From contig JAXHNI010000008.1 of NCBI GenBank assembly GCA_034520625.1, positions 623,574-687,573 on the forward strand: a stretch of DNA of 64,000 nt. The letters are read 5' to 3'. Source of the stretch: Gammaproteobacteria bacterium (GTDB lineage Bacteria; Pseudomonadota; Gammaproteobacteria; Arenicellales; JAANXG01). Of this stretch, positions 17,300 through 26,933 are shown piece by piece (within the stretch, counting starts at the first letter, position 1; the number at the start of each line of letters is the position of its first letter). Position numbers and translations under genes: made by a program. The notes under the pieces are model-generated. The model was not told the origin of the DNA, ran no database searches, and was given only the letters and a program-made list of their open reading frames with translations.

Positions 17300-19032
17300 C
17301 AGCGCGCGTTGAGCCGGCGCAGAGGTGAGGATGCCACCATGATTCCATCTTCCAACGCGCTGACCCGCATGTACACATGTCCCATGCCCGCGAGATGATC
17401 CATGACCAGGCGTGAAATTTCCGCACGGGATCGGTCCGCGGGCACCACCAGTCCCGCCGTGGGATCCCCCCGAACGAGCAGCGTTGAGTTCAGTTGCTCC
17501 CGCTCTTCCGGGTCCGGCTCCTGCTGAAGCTGGGCCGGCGTAAAAAACTCGATGAGGACGTGCGTCGCCGTGGCGGGAATATCCGACCAGGACACTTCCA
17601 GGCCCGTCTCGGTCACGCTGTTGGGCGGCGGGCTCAGCACGGACACCGGAGACGGCAACGCAGCGGCGCTCACCTGGCCCGGCGACACGCCCACGTAGTA
17701 CTGGATCTGAGTCTGGTCCGAAAGCAGCTCCGGCTCCTGAACCCGGAACCGCACGATGTGCCGCCCCGTGCCGGTCGCCGTGAAGGTACGGGAAATCTGT
17801 ACCGTGTTCTGCCCCACCACGAAGTTGGAGTACAGCTGGAGCGGCCGGAAAAAAAGCTGGTTTCCGCCGCCTTCGGCGACCTCCCAGGTACCTCGCAGCA
17901 GGCCACCGGGCCCGTCGAAGCGCAGGTCGCACACAACATGCACCGGGTCTCCCTCCTGCACGATCTTTACCCGCGAGCCGTCATGGAAACGGCATTTCAT
18001 CGCCGAGATGGAGAAATCCGCCTGGCCGGGCCCGGTCAGATTCACGGGCACCCGCGCGATGAATCGGTTGCCGAAGTCATCGCGAAGTGTACGCTCGAGG
18101 ATCAGGCCACCCCCCTGCTGCCTGGCCCGGAGCAGCTGCGACGAGGACAGCTGGATGGTTTCGTTGAAAACGGCCTGGCCGGATCGAATGCCGGAGCGGG
18201 TCAGGGGCCGATTGCCCTGCCCGATCGCCGAACCCGACCGGGTCCTGACGACATAACGGTCCGACCGCAGGGTCAGGTTCGAGCCGCTGCCTACCTGTTC
18301 CACCGTACCGGTCCAGGTCACTGGCACCGGCGTCGAGGCCCCGAGAAAAGACGCACTGCTGGTGGAACTCGAGCCATTGAACGCCACCAGCCGGGACAGG
18401 TTCAGGTCGATGACGCCGGACGCCTGGGCGGACAGCCCCAGCGCAACACTGTCGGTCTTGGGGCCGGTGGCCGAAAACTGCGCCTGCCAGGTCCGCTGGT
18501 AAACCAATCCGGACACCGCCTGGGCAGCCACGCTTTCCAGGGCACCGCGAAGCCGGGCCGGAGAATAATCCACTATGGGTATCGGGACCCGGGCATCCAG
18601 GATGACCTGTGCAATGGCGTCACCAACGGCATTCGGAATCTGCACGGATTCGGGCACCGGGACGACGCCATTACAGGGGACGCCCGTGGTGCGATTGGCA
18701 TTGTTGACAGCCAGCACAGTGCCGCCCAACCGGAACTGCCCGCTCTGGGAGGTGGCCGGGGCCTGCTCGTTGTCGCAGTCCGGCTGCCAGGTCGGCGAGA
18801 ACGACGACGGCGAAAAGCTGACGCTGGGCACCGTACCGCGGAACAGGTCCCGGAAGGTGGGGCTGGGGGGCAGGGTCGCGGGATCCGGCCGGATGGTCGG
18901 GAAATCCACGCGGGCATTGATGCTCACGGAGCCCGGAGAGACATTCAGGCCCTGTATCGCCCACACGGGCCCGGCCGCCGCCAACAACAGCCCGCCCAGC
19001 AGTTTTCCAATCCTTTCAAGGTTCATGATCAT
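17299..19032 (-). CDS. 577-aa secreted hypothetical protein
   Basis: The signal peptide is MIMNLERIGKLLGGLLLAAAGPVWA and a GGGAGA RBS is present. Its stop overlaps the sigma start (ATGA). The composition is Ser/Thr/Gly/Val-rich and beta-type. I recognise no family. The antisense ORF 17494..19257 is Arg-rich junk. Confidence 0.7.
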   Translation of the reverse strand: MIMNLERIGKLLGGLLLAAAGPVWAIQGLNVSPGSVSINARVDFPTIRPDPATLPPSPTFRDLFRGTVPSVSFSPSSFSPTWQPDCDNEQAPATSQSGQFRLGGTVLAVNNANRTTGVPCNGVVPVPESVQIPNAVGDAIAQVILDARVPIPIVDYSPARLRGALESVAAQAVSGLVYQRTWQAQFSATGPKTDSVALGLSAQASGVIDLNLSRLVAFNGSSSTSSASFLGASTPVPVTWTGTVEQVGSGSNLTLRSDRYVVRTRSGSAIGQGNRPLTRSGIRSGQAVFNETIQLSSSQLLRARQQGGGLILERTLRDDFGNRFIARVPVNLTGPGQADFSISAMKCRFHDGSRVKIVQEGDPVHVVCDLRFDGPGGLLRGTWEVAEGGGNQLFFRPLQLYSNFVVGQNTVQISRTFTATGTGRHIVRFRVQEPELLSDQTQIQYYVGVSPGQVSAAALPSPVSVLSPPPNSVTETGLEVSWSDIPATATHVLIEFFTPAQLQQEPDPEEREQLNSTLLVRGDPTAGLVVPADRSRAEISRLVMDHLAGMGHVYMRVSALEDGIMVASSPLRRLNAR

Positions 19033-19047
19033 CGCTCGAATCTCCCG

Positions 19048-21150
19048 CTAGTAATTCCGGCCCGTCGACACCGGCCAGTCCACTGTTACACCAACGAACA
19101 CCTGGGACGGCGTGCTGTCGTTCCCGGAATCCAGCCGGTCGTTGAAGTTCTGGAAATCACCTCGCAGCCAGAGCGACATGCCGGGCCGATTCTCCCGCGG
19201 CTGCACTACCTGCCAGTCAATCTCGAAACTCAAGAAGGCATTGTCGCTGGAGAATGAGTCGTCAGTGGTGCGGTCGAGGTTCATGCTGTAGTTCAGCCGC
19301 CCGGTGAGCTTCTCCGGGACAAGCACCGCGTCCAGGCTGACGCCCCACAAGCTGGTCCGGGTGATGGTGCCATCGCTCTCGAATATCCGGTTGTACTGGT
19401 ACTGCAGCCCGGCGTACAGGCGCCGGGCGATAGACAGGTTCACGCCGACATCACTGATCTCGTTGCGCAGATCCGGTGTGCGCCGGGTCAGGTCATCTTC
19501 GAAACCCAGGGTATGGCCCACATACCAGTTCCACTCCGGGTAATTGAAGCTGGCCGACACCCGGGCGGAGCGGGTCCGGCGATCAAGGGGACTGCCGCTG
19601 AAGTCCGGCGGTAACCGGGTCTGCTCCTGCCGCCCGTACTGTAACCCCGTGCTCAGCGACGGCCTGCCGTACCACGGCGTCAGCAAGTTGCCCTCGTCAT
19701 CGTATTCCGGGCGCGGCGACCAGGAGGCGTAAAACTGCACGAGGTCGGTATCCAGCCTAGGCAGATCGGGCGCCTCGTCGACGTTGTCGTGCTCTTTGCC
19801 GGCGGACAGGGACAGGTTCAACCCGCCCCAGCGAAAATCACTGTAAACCCGCCGCAGTTCCTTGTCAGAAGGCAGAAAGCCGTTGGCGATGCTCCGGAAG
19901 AACAGGCCGGTCTGCCGGTATTCCGCGCCGATTGTCAGGTCGGCCGGCGAGTCGCCGAGCATCGTACCCTGCATCGGCACCACTTCCGCGAGCAGCATCC
20001 GGGCATCGTCGTCGATCTTGTCAAGATCCCCGTTGATGCCGTCAAAGTCGTAGTCCGTCCTGGCGTATTCGCCCCGCAAACGCAGCTTGTCATCCAGCAG
20101 CCGGGACTCTGCGGAGATGCTGGCCGCGTCCCCTTCGGCAAGCACATCACGGCCGGCGAGAGACGTGCCAAAATCATCATTGCCCTTTCCGGACAGAGCC
20201 GCCGCCGATAGCGTGAGCACACGGCTATTGTCGAAGGGTCTGACCGAAGCCACGCCACCCATGACGCGGGAGCGGACCTCTTCCACGCCCAGGATGTCCC
20301 GGCGTCCGATCGTCGGCTCGGCACGCATGGCGAACGCCGTGCCCGTAGCCCGGCCGTCCACCATGGAGCGGGTCGCCGAGACGCCGCGCCGGTAGAAGTC
20401 ATCAATGATCAGGCTGTCGCTCTCCACGGCGTGGTGGCCAAGATTGATCTCGGAAACCTGGTCGCTGCGGGTAAACAGGTACTCCCCGATATCCACTTCA
20501 TCGCCGTCCCGTGGATCGTCGAGGGTGTTTCTCAGGTCAACACCGAGGCTGCTGTAGAGAAGCGATGCATCGGCTTCCACTTCCCAGTCGTCCTTTGCCA
20601 ACCGTCCCTGAATCCTCGCACTGCCGTCACCCTGGAAATCATCGTCGTCGGCGACGGCCTGCCCTGCGGTTCCACCAGCGGTTGCGCCCACACTCTGCCC
20701 GGACGACCGCACGGCTTCGTCATGCTCGACCCGGTAACCCAGCTCCACCGTGGTTCGCGCATCCAGGGACTTCTCAGCGAAGCCAGTCGGACTGCCGGTC
20801 TGCAGGGTCCACAGGCCGCGTTCGAGGATCTGGCCGTCCGGGGTATATTCCACCAGCCGGACGCGATGGGACCCGGGTTCCAGGGGCTGGGGCGGCGTCA
20901 CGACGATCACGAAACCGCCGGGTGATTCCTCGAGACGGACCACTTCACTGACTTCGATATCGTTGATTTCGAGCGCCAGCCACTGCAGGGTTTCGACGGT
21001 GACCTCGGACGGCAACTGGATGCGAATGTCCGACGTCGGCTGCCGTACCTCCTCTCCCACCTCAGCGAGTGTCGGCTGCCACTGCGCCTGGGCGCTCGCC
21101 GCGACCAGATACAGCGGCAATGCCATGGCCCCTCTGATACGACTCCACAT
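19048..21150 (-). CDS. predicted outer-membrane beta-barrel protein with an N-terminal Ig-like domain
   Basis: 700 aa with a strong RBS (GGGAGGTGGAG) and the signal peptide MWSRIRGAMALPLYLVAASAQA. The N-terminal roughly 110 aa look like a beta-sandwich. The rest shows alternating hydrophobic and polar strands (AFLSFEIDWQV, MSLWLRGDF, VFVGVTVDW) and ends in Tyr. The C-terminal OMP signature is imperfect. Confidence 0.55.
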   Translation of the reverse strand: MWSRIRGAMALPLYLVAASAQAQWQPTLAEVGEEVRQPTSDIRIQLPSEVTVETLQWLALEINDIEVSEVVRLEESPGGFVIVVTPPQPLEPGSHRVRLVEYTPDGQILERGLWTLQTGSPTGFAEKSLDARTTVELGYRVEHDEAVRSSGQSVGATAGGTAGQAVADDDDFQGDGSARIQGRLAKDDWEVEADASLLYSSLGVDLRNTLDDPRDGDEVDIGEYLFTRSDQVSEINLGHHAVESDSLIIDDFYRRGVSATRSMVDGRATGTAFAMRAEPTIGRRDILGVEEVRSRVMGGVASVRPFDNSRVLTLSAAALSGKGNDDFGTSLAGRDVLAEGDAASISAESRLLDDKLRLRGEYARTDYDFDGINGDLDKIDDDARMLLAEVVPMQGTMLGDSPADLTIGAEYRQTGLFFRSIANGFLPSDKELRRVYSDFRWGGLNLSLSAGKEHDNVDEAPDLPRLDTDLVQFYASWSPRPEYDDEGNLLTPWYGRPSLSTGLQYGRQEQTRLPPDFSGSPLDRRTRSARVSASFNYPEWNWYVGHTLGFEDDLTRRTPDLRNEISDVGVNLSIARRLYAGLQYQYNRIFESDGTITRTSLWGVSLDAVLVPEKLTGRLNYSMNLDRTTDDSFSSDNAFLSFEIDWQVVQPRENRPGMSLWLRGDFQNFNDRLDSGNDSTPSQVFVGVTVDWPVSTGRNY

Positions 21151-21338
21151 GGCTCCACCTCCCGAATACTTTATGATTGTATGGCTACTGTACCCGGATA
21201 TTGATCCGGTATCAGGTTTCGAGGCGCGACATCACTGCCGTACTCCAGGAATCTCCGGTACACACCCCTGCCAATATCGCGCTCCGCCGCTGAAGCGGCC
21301 CGGCGTTCTTCATCCGATTCCGGTTGTTCCTGCCCTGG

Positions 21339-21364
21339 GTCGTGACTTCACCCGCCGCGGTTCA
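21339..21364 (-). promoter_or_regulatory. candidate ECF-type promoter TGAACC-N15-ACGAC upstream of the barrel/secreted/sigma/anti-sigma operon
   Basis: The minus strand reads GGAACTTGAACC-GCGGCGGGTGAAGTC-ACGAC. The motif and spacing are identical to the sites at 23695-23720 and 26768-26793. It lies about 190 nt upstream of the ATG at 21150. Confidence 0.45.
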
Positions 21365-21417
21365 AGTTCCTTTCCACGGTGTCCTTGCCGCGGCTCGTCG
21401 TCCGCGAGGACGATGAC

Positions 21418-23583
21418 CTAGCGACCGAGCGGTTCGTCGGGACCCCCCTCCCCGTCACCCGGATGACCGCCGGGTCCGGCTATTTTTTCTTCCAGCTCCT
21501 TGCGGAAACGCTCCGCATCCGCTTCGCTCAGCGGCCGCTCCCCGCTTCCGATGTCCTCCGGCGACGGGTTGCCCACCAGCTGGTGCTCGGGCAGGATCAG
21601 CCGCGGTCCATCCGGGTCCGGCGTCGCGCCGTCTGGACCGGGATTCACGTAGTCATCGTTGGGGTTCTTGATACCGAAATCGATGCGCCGCCCGATCCCA
21701 ATCTCATACAGCCAGCGCGCCCAGGCAGCCTCCGCCTCCGTCGGTGCGTTGGGGTCGGGATTCCCGCTCGGGTCCAGCGGGCCCGGGCCGCGGATTCTGT
21801 GATGACTGCCCCGAACACGATCCTGGACGACCCGCCCTTCGGCATTGGTCCTGATTACGCGCCGATAATTGAGCTGGTCATTGGGTCCCCAGTTTTCCTG
21901 TCGTGTTTCGGTTGACCCATCCTTGAAGGTTGTCCGTGTCGTGTACACGGTCGTACCGTTGGCGCCCGGCTCCTCGGTGGTGGTCTTGTCAGTCACCGGG
22001 TCGGTGCTGGCCGCACCGCCCATTGCTCCCCTGGGGGAAGGGGGCGTTACCGGTGGACGCCCGGCGCTGCCGCTGCTGGCCGGCCCCGCATTGGCGGGCG
22101 GGCGCCGCGGGGTGGTCGCCTCGGGCATGAAACCCATGCCGCCGAAGATGTCATTCGCGTCGTCGCCGTTGAGCTCGTCCAGCAGCTCGAAAAACTTGTC
22201 ATCCTCTTCACGGGAGCCTCCCAGACCGGTATCCGGCATCGGGCTACTCCCATCACCGAGGCCCTCGATACCCGGCAGCGCGGCGAGGTCTGTCGCCGCG
22301 TCCTCGATCCCGCCCAGATCCTCCAGATGCGCCATCCCGCTGTCCGCAAACCTGCTTTCCGAAACCCGGTCGGCCTGCACGGCGGGCAGATCGGCGACCC
22401 GATCCTGGACCGCCGGGAGTGTCTGCCGGTCTGACGGCGAGCCGCCCGACGCCAACGCCGGCCGCTCGACATCCTCGTCGGCAATATACTGGCGCGTCCC
22501 CAGCGGGCCGTCCGGCGCATCGCCCGTCAGATCCGCCTCGGGAACTTGTACGCCGGGATTTTTATTGCGCACCGCGCTGCCGAACAGCTTGCTGAGATCG
22601 TCGCGTTCTGCGGTCTGCGGACCACCGGACACCGGCACGCAGGCCAGATTGTTGCGCTCGTTCGCCTCCGGAATCTGTCCGTCGCTGTCCGCCACCGCGC
22701 ACCAGTACAGGCCGGTGGGTCCCGCCAGGTTGCCGGGCACGTTCATTGCCATCGACAGGCGCTCGCTCTGGCCCCCCGCAGGGACCCGCATCGCCCACTG
22801 GTCCTTCTCCAACAACATCCCGCGGCCACCCATCGCCATCACCACGGTACGCGTCAGGTCCCGGTCCACCAGCGCCAACCGCACCCGGTAGCGCTCGTTC
22901 CTCGGCACCCGGGACTGCCCCCGGTTGGGAATCAACACCTCCACCATCTGGGTCTCGCCCGGGCGCAGCACCCCGGCCCGGATTTCCGCCGCCAGGTCCA
23001 CGTCCGACGCCTGGACCGGCGCCCCCGGCTCGGCGCAGCCCTTTAGAGTGAGCCGCTGCCGGTCGCCGTCCACATCGCACTGCAGCACGTAGTCCGGGCC
23101 CGGCTGCAGATGACTCAAGCGGAATCGGTATTCCCGCGCCGTGCGCGAGTACGCCTGCAGCGACTGGCGCTGGCCGCCTGCCTCCAGCCGGCAGTCCAGT
23201 CCACCGTCCCGCAGATTCTCACCGCGCACATGAATCTCCGAGCCCCGGCCCAGGCAGCCGGGAGGCTGAATGTGATCGATGCGGCCCTGGCGGGTCGGCG
23301 GCTGCTTGCCGGGACTGTCCGGCTCCGCCGGCTGGATCGGCTTGGCCGCCGGCTGGTCACAGTGCTGCTTGTACAGCTTTTCGTACTTCGGCCTGTCCTG
23401 CTTGTTGAAATTCGGGGATTTGATCAGCGCCGGGTATTGCTTGCAGAAAACATCCACCTCCTGCTGCGACAATCCACCGCCCTCCATATGACCCAGATAA
23501 TGCGCGGAAAACACAGCACCCGACGGCATCAGCCAGAATGCCAAAGCCGCACCCGCAACCCGGGAAAGTCCGATGCTTCTCAT
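21418..23583 (-). CDS. secreted CARDB-domain protein, paralog A (721 aa)
   Basis: Signal peptide MRSIGLSRVAGAALAFWLMPSGAVFSA. A CARDB-like block ends in GQIPEANERNNLACV (the E-x-N-E-x-N-N signature). The N-terminal roughly 330 aa are paralogous to the next gene. The C-terminal half is Pro/Gly/Asp-rich with no family I recognise. Confidence 0.8.
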   Translation of the reverse strand: MRSIGLSRVAGAALAFWLMPSGAVFSAHYLGHMEGGGLSQQEVDVFCKQYPALIKSPNFNKQDRPKYEKLYKQHCDQPAAKPIQPAEPDSPGKQPPTRQGRIDHIQPPGCLGRGSEIHVRGENLRDGGLDCRLEAGGQRQSLQAYSRTAREYRFRLSHLQPGPDYVLQCDVDGDRQRLTLKGCAEPGAPVQASDVDLAAEIRAGVLRPGETQMVEVLIPNRGQSRVPRNERYRVRLALVDRDLTRTVVMAMGGRGMLLEKDQWAMRVPAGGQSERLSMAMNVPGNLAGPTGLYWCAVADSDGQIPEANERNNLACVPVSGGPQTAERDDLSKLFGSAVRNKNPGVQVPEADLTGDAPDGPLGTRQYIADEDVERPALASGGSPSDRQTLPAVQDRVADLPAVQADRVSESRFADSGMAHLEDLGGIEDAATDLAALPGIEGLGDGSSPMPDTGLGGSREEDDKFFELLDELNGDDANDIFGGMGFMPEATTPRRPPANAGPASSGSAGRPPVTPPSPRGAMGGAASTDPVTDKTTTEEPGANGTTVYTTRTTFKDGSTETRQENWGPNDQLNYRRVIRTNAEGRVVQDRVRGSHHRIRGPGPLDPSGNPDPNAPTEAEAAWARWLYEIGIGRRIDFGIKNPNDDYVNPGPDGATPDPDGPRLILPEHQLVGNPSPEDIGSGERPLSEADAERFRKELEEKIAGPGGHPGDGEGGPDEPLGR

Positions 23584-23694
23584 CACCACCCTGCCCTCCC
23601 GCCGGGCCGGCCCCGGCTTCCCAACCCGGAACCCTCCGGCAAATATCGTTCAACCTCACGGCGTCCCGGCCGTTATCCAGTGGTCAATCGATAA

Positions 23695-23720
23695 GTCGTC
23701 GCGCAGCCTTTTGCGGTTCA
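23695..23720 (-). promoter_or_regulatory. candidate ECF-type promoter TGAACC-N15-ACGAC upstream of CARDB paralog A
   Basis: The minus strand reads TTTGAACC-GCAAAAGGCTGCGCG-ACGAC. It lies about 112-137 nt upstream of the ATG at 23583. Confidence 0.45.
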
Positions 23721-23772
23721 AAGTTTACAGTAAAGGTCCGGAATACCGGTTCCCGTCAATACCTGCCCGTTT

Positions 23773-26655
23773 CTAGCCGCCCCGGGATGCCGGATAATCG
23801 CGTGTTTCGCGCAGCGATCGCCGGTTGTTCGACTCATCACTCTCCAGAATCTTTCCTTGCGCATCCACCGTCACGCCGATCCAGCCACCGCGAATCACCG
23901 AAGATTCTCCTCCACCGCATTCCAGGCAGCTCCAGACCAGCTCCGGGCTGCGGCGAACCGAGGTAGTCAGTCTCAAAGAGCGGCCCGGCGCCATGCCCAC
24001 AATGGGCAGAGTTACATCAGCCACGAAGAGTTTCATTCCTGAGTACTCCTCACGCGAGAATCTTGCCATGACCTCGGTTGCCAACGATGGACTGACACCG
24101 CGATTGGCCACCGTCACATGCAGGTACTTCGGTCCCAGATCACCTTCTTCAGTGCCGTACTCCAGCTCCACGGACTCCACCACCAGGTCAGCCAGGCCGC
24201 TTTCCTCCCGAACCCGCTCGTCCTGCGCCGCTGCTTCCCGCGTACGCGCATCCGGAGCCGCACCGGACATGTCGGGCGGAAACTCCCAGGGCCGGAAACT
24301 GCTGGTTCCCGGCAGGTACTGCGGTGTCAGCACGGCATACAGCATCAGCGGCACGCTGCCGTCAGGTGCAAACTCGTCCGCGGGAATATCGGCGGAATCA
24401 CGCGCCACACACAGCAACCGCGCCGACTGGTTGCGACCGAGCGTCAGGGTCCCGGGTATCGCTCCAAGGGGGGACCGGTGACCCGACGTATTCACGCAGT
24501 CCACACCTCGGACTACGCCCCATTCATAAAGAATATCGAACGTAAGCGCAGCATCGCGGCGGTTGGCGTTGTAGTCAATGCGATACATGCCCCAGTCATC
24601 GCCGCCCCGTTCCTCGACCACCTGCAGGATCAGGTTCTCCATCTCCCGATTGTCTCCCGCGCCACCGGTCCTGCCGGCTACGACATAACCATCGCTGGAA
24701 GGCGCGCCCACGTCCCGGACAAGCACATTGTTACCGGGTCTCGGGTCACCGGCGAAAGGCGGCGCCCCGATGGTAGCCCGGAGCACAGCACGGCGGCTGG
24801 TGGGCAGCCGATAGTCGGTCCAATATGACTTGAGGCGGGTTTCGCGGAAATCGGCGATACGCACGGTATCGGACCACACCACCTCCCCTTCCTGCCCAGC
24901 TCTCGAGTTAGGCGACCCGAGCACCCGAAGCTCGAGTGGCACGGTGGCCGAGGGATCGATGTTTCCGGGAACATCGACGGCCCGGACGAGAATGAGAATC
25001 CGGCCGCGGTCCGGTCCGCGCGGCGTAGGCCGCAACTCGTAGACCTCGAGATCCATTCCCTCAACATTTGCAGTGGTGCCTTCCCAGAACACCATGGAAA
25101 CGAGTGAATTCGATGCGGCGAACCGAACCAGGCTCTCCAACCAGTCGGGCTCGCCGCCATGGTTGACTTCCACCGCATTGGTTTCACCGTCCGGATCGTC
25201 CACGACGGCTGCATCCATCGTGCCGTTGTCCACCATCACACAGCCTTTCACAAAATACGTCCGGCCGGCGACCATGGCCGATCTCCGTACTTCGTCGAGC
25301 TCGTAGGAACCTCCATGCCTTCCCGACCCCGCGAAGAATCCGTCGGGTCCGCCATCTTCCCACGACGCAGGACCGCCGGCGCAGTCATTCGGCGGAAATG
25401 GCGACCCTTCACGGAAACGCAGATGCAAGCCGGTAACGGGATGGCCCGCCACTTGCCCCGGCAAAGCGTCCCATGAGACCGTCATCGGCTCCTCCGGATC
25501 CACATCCACCGGCCGCATGCCGTAGGAGGCGTTCACTTTGAGGGTCATGTCCAGACTGGCCAGTCTTGCGCCGGCCGGCGCCGTCGTGTCTCTCAGCGCA
25601 TCGGGATCTACCTGCACGTCCACATTCGGCTTGCGAACGGCACTGCCAAACACGCCGGTCAGATCCGACCGGGCAACGATACCGTCGTCGCCTGCGGCGG
25701 CGACGCATACCAGATTATTGCCTTCGTTGACCTCCGGGATCCCATCATCGATGTCAGCAAAGGCACACCAGAACAGGGTTTTGCCTTCCGGCAGCCTTCC
25801 GGGCACGGCCATGGTCATTGAAACGCGCTCGGAGCCACCTGGTTCCGCGACCCGCGTCACCCACTGCCGCCTGTGGGCCAGGACACCACCCGACGCCGGG
25901 GACAGAACTGAGCTCATCCGCATCCCCGTCCGGCCGAGGTCACGGTCCACCAGCGCCAACACCAGGCGGTGCCGGCGGTTGCCCGCCCCGCCGCGGCCCC
26001 GGTTCGCGACCGAAATCTGAATCGTCTGGGTCTCCCCCGCCCGCAGCTGCCCAACACGTATCTCCGGCACCAGATCGATCTCTTCCGCCTGATCGGCTGT
26101 ACCCGGGCAGGCCTGCAACCGGAGTCCATTTCGATCTCCCGCCACTTCGCATGCGATCCGGTAGCCCGGGCCGGTCAGCAGTTCGTCCAGCCTGAATCTA
26201 TACTCTTGCTCCGTACGCGAGTAGGCCTGCAGGGAGAGGCGCTGGCCGTTGGACTCCAGCTGGCAGTTCAGGGCGCCGCGTCGAAGGTCCCGGCCCCGTA
26301 CCCGGATCTCCGCGCCCCGTTCAGCGCACGACGGGCCGTCAATGCGGTCGATCCGACCCGCGGCCGCTTCAGGTTTGTCAGGCAAATCCGGCTGGGCCGG
26401 CTGCGCGGGCGCAGGCTCCGGCGGCTTCAGACAGTGCTGCTTGTACAGCTCTTCGTACTTCGGCCTGTCCTGCTCGTTGAAATTCGGAGATTTGATCAGC
26501 GCCGGGTATTGTTTGCAGAAAGCATCCACCTCCTGCTGCGACAATCCGCCGCCCTCCATATGACCCAGATAATGCGCGGAAAACACAGCACCCGACGGAA
26601 CCAGCCAGAACGCCAAAGCCGCGCCCGCAACCCGGAAAAGTCCACTGCTTCTCAT
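23773..26655 (-). CDS. secreted multi-CARDB-domain protein, paralog B (960 aa)
   Basis: Track ORF 23773..26715 trimmed to the ATG at 26655, by analogy with paralog A (MRSSGLFRVAGAALAFWLVPSGAVFSA). CARDB-type signatures are IPEVNEGNNLVCV, PRPGNNVLVRDV and the C-terminal ILESDESNNRRSL. Confidence 0.8.
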   Translation of the reverse strand: MRSSGLFRVAGAALAFWLVPSGAVFSAHYLGHMEGGGLSQQEVDAFCKQYPALIKSPNFNEQDRPKYEELYKQHCLKPPEPAPAQPAQPDLPDKPEAAAGRIDRIDGPSCAERGAEIRVRGRDLRRGALNCQLESNGQRLSLQAYSRTEQEYRFRLDELLTGPGYRIACEVAGDRNGLRLQACPGTADQAEEIDLVPEIRVGQLRAGETQTIQISVANRGRGGAGNRRHRLVLALVDRDLGRTGMRMSSVLSPASGGVLAHRRQWVTRVAEPGGSERVSMTMAVPGRLPEGKTLFWCAFADIDDGIPEVNEGNNLVCVAAAGDDGIVARSDLTGVFGSAVRKPNVDVQVDPDALRDTTAPAGARLASLDMTLKVNASYGMRPVDVDPEEPMTVSWDALPGQVAGHPVTGLHLRFREGSPFPPNDCAGGPASWEDGGPDGFFAGSGRHGGSYELDEVRRSAMVAGRTYFVKGCVMVDNGTMDAAVVDDPDGETNAVEVNHGGEPDWLESLVRFAASNSLVSMVFWEGTTANVEGMDLEVYELRPTPRGPDRGRILILVRAVDVPGNIDPSATVPLELRVLGSPNSRAGQEGEVVWSDTVRIADFRETRLKSYWTDYRLPTSRRAVLRATIGAPPFAGDPRPGNNVLVRDVGAPSSDGYVVAGRTGGAGDNREMENLILQVVEERGGDDWGMYRIDYNANRRDAALTFDILYEWGVVRGVDCVNTSGHRSPLGAIPGTLTLGRNQSARLLCVARDSADIPADEFAPDGSVPLMLYAVLTPQYLPGTSSFRPWEFPPDMSGAAPDARTREAAAQDERVREESGLADLVVESVELEYGTEEGDLGPKYLHVTVANRGVSPSLATEVMARFSREEYSGMKLFVADVTLPIVGMAPGRSLRLTTSVRRSPELVWSCLECGGGESSVIRGGWIGVTVDAQGKILESDESNNRRSLRETRDYPASRGG

Positions 26656-26767
26656 TACCACCCTGCCCTCCCCCCCGGACCGGCCCGGTTTTCCCAACCC
26701 GGCGCCCTCCGGCAATTATCGATCAACCTCACGGCATCCCGGCCGTTATCCAGTAGTCAATCGATAT

Positions 26768-26793
26768 GTCGTCGTACGAGTTGTTCCGGTTCA
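26768..26793 (-). promoter_or_regulatory. candidate ECF-type promoter TGAACC-N15-ACGAC upstream of CARDB paralog B
   Basis: The minus strand reads ATTGAACC-GGAACAACTCGTACG-ACGAC. It is part of the duplicated leader shared with paralog A. Confidence 0.45.
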
Positions 26794-26933
26794 ATATTAC
26801 ACCGGTATCATCCAAGGCGCACCCGCAAGGCGCCAACGCGTCGAGAGCGCCCGGGAATGCAGTAATCCGGGAATTGGCCTGTACGCGGGCATCAACATGA
26901 GGCAATGTGGATAACCATTAACCGGCAGCGAAA

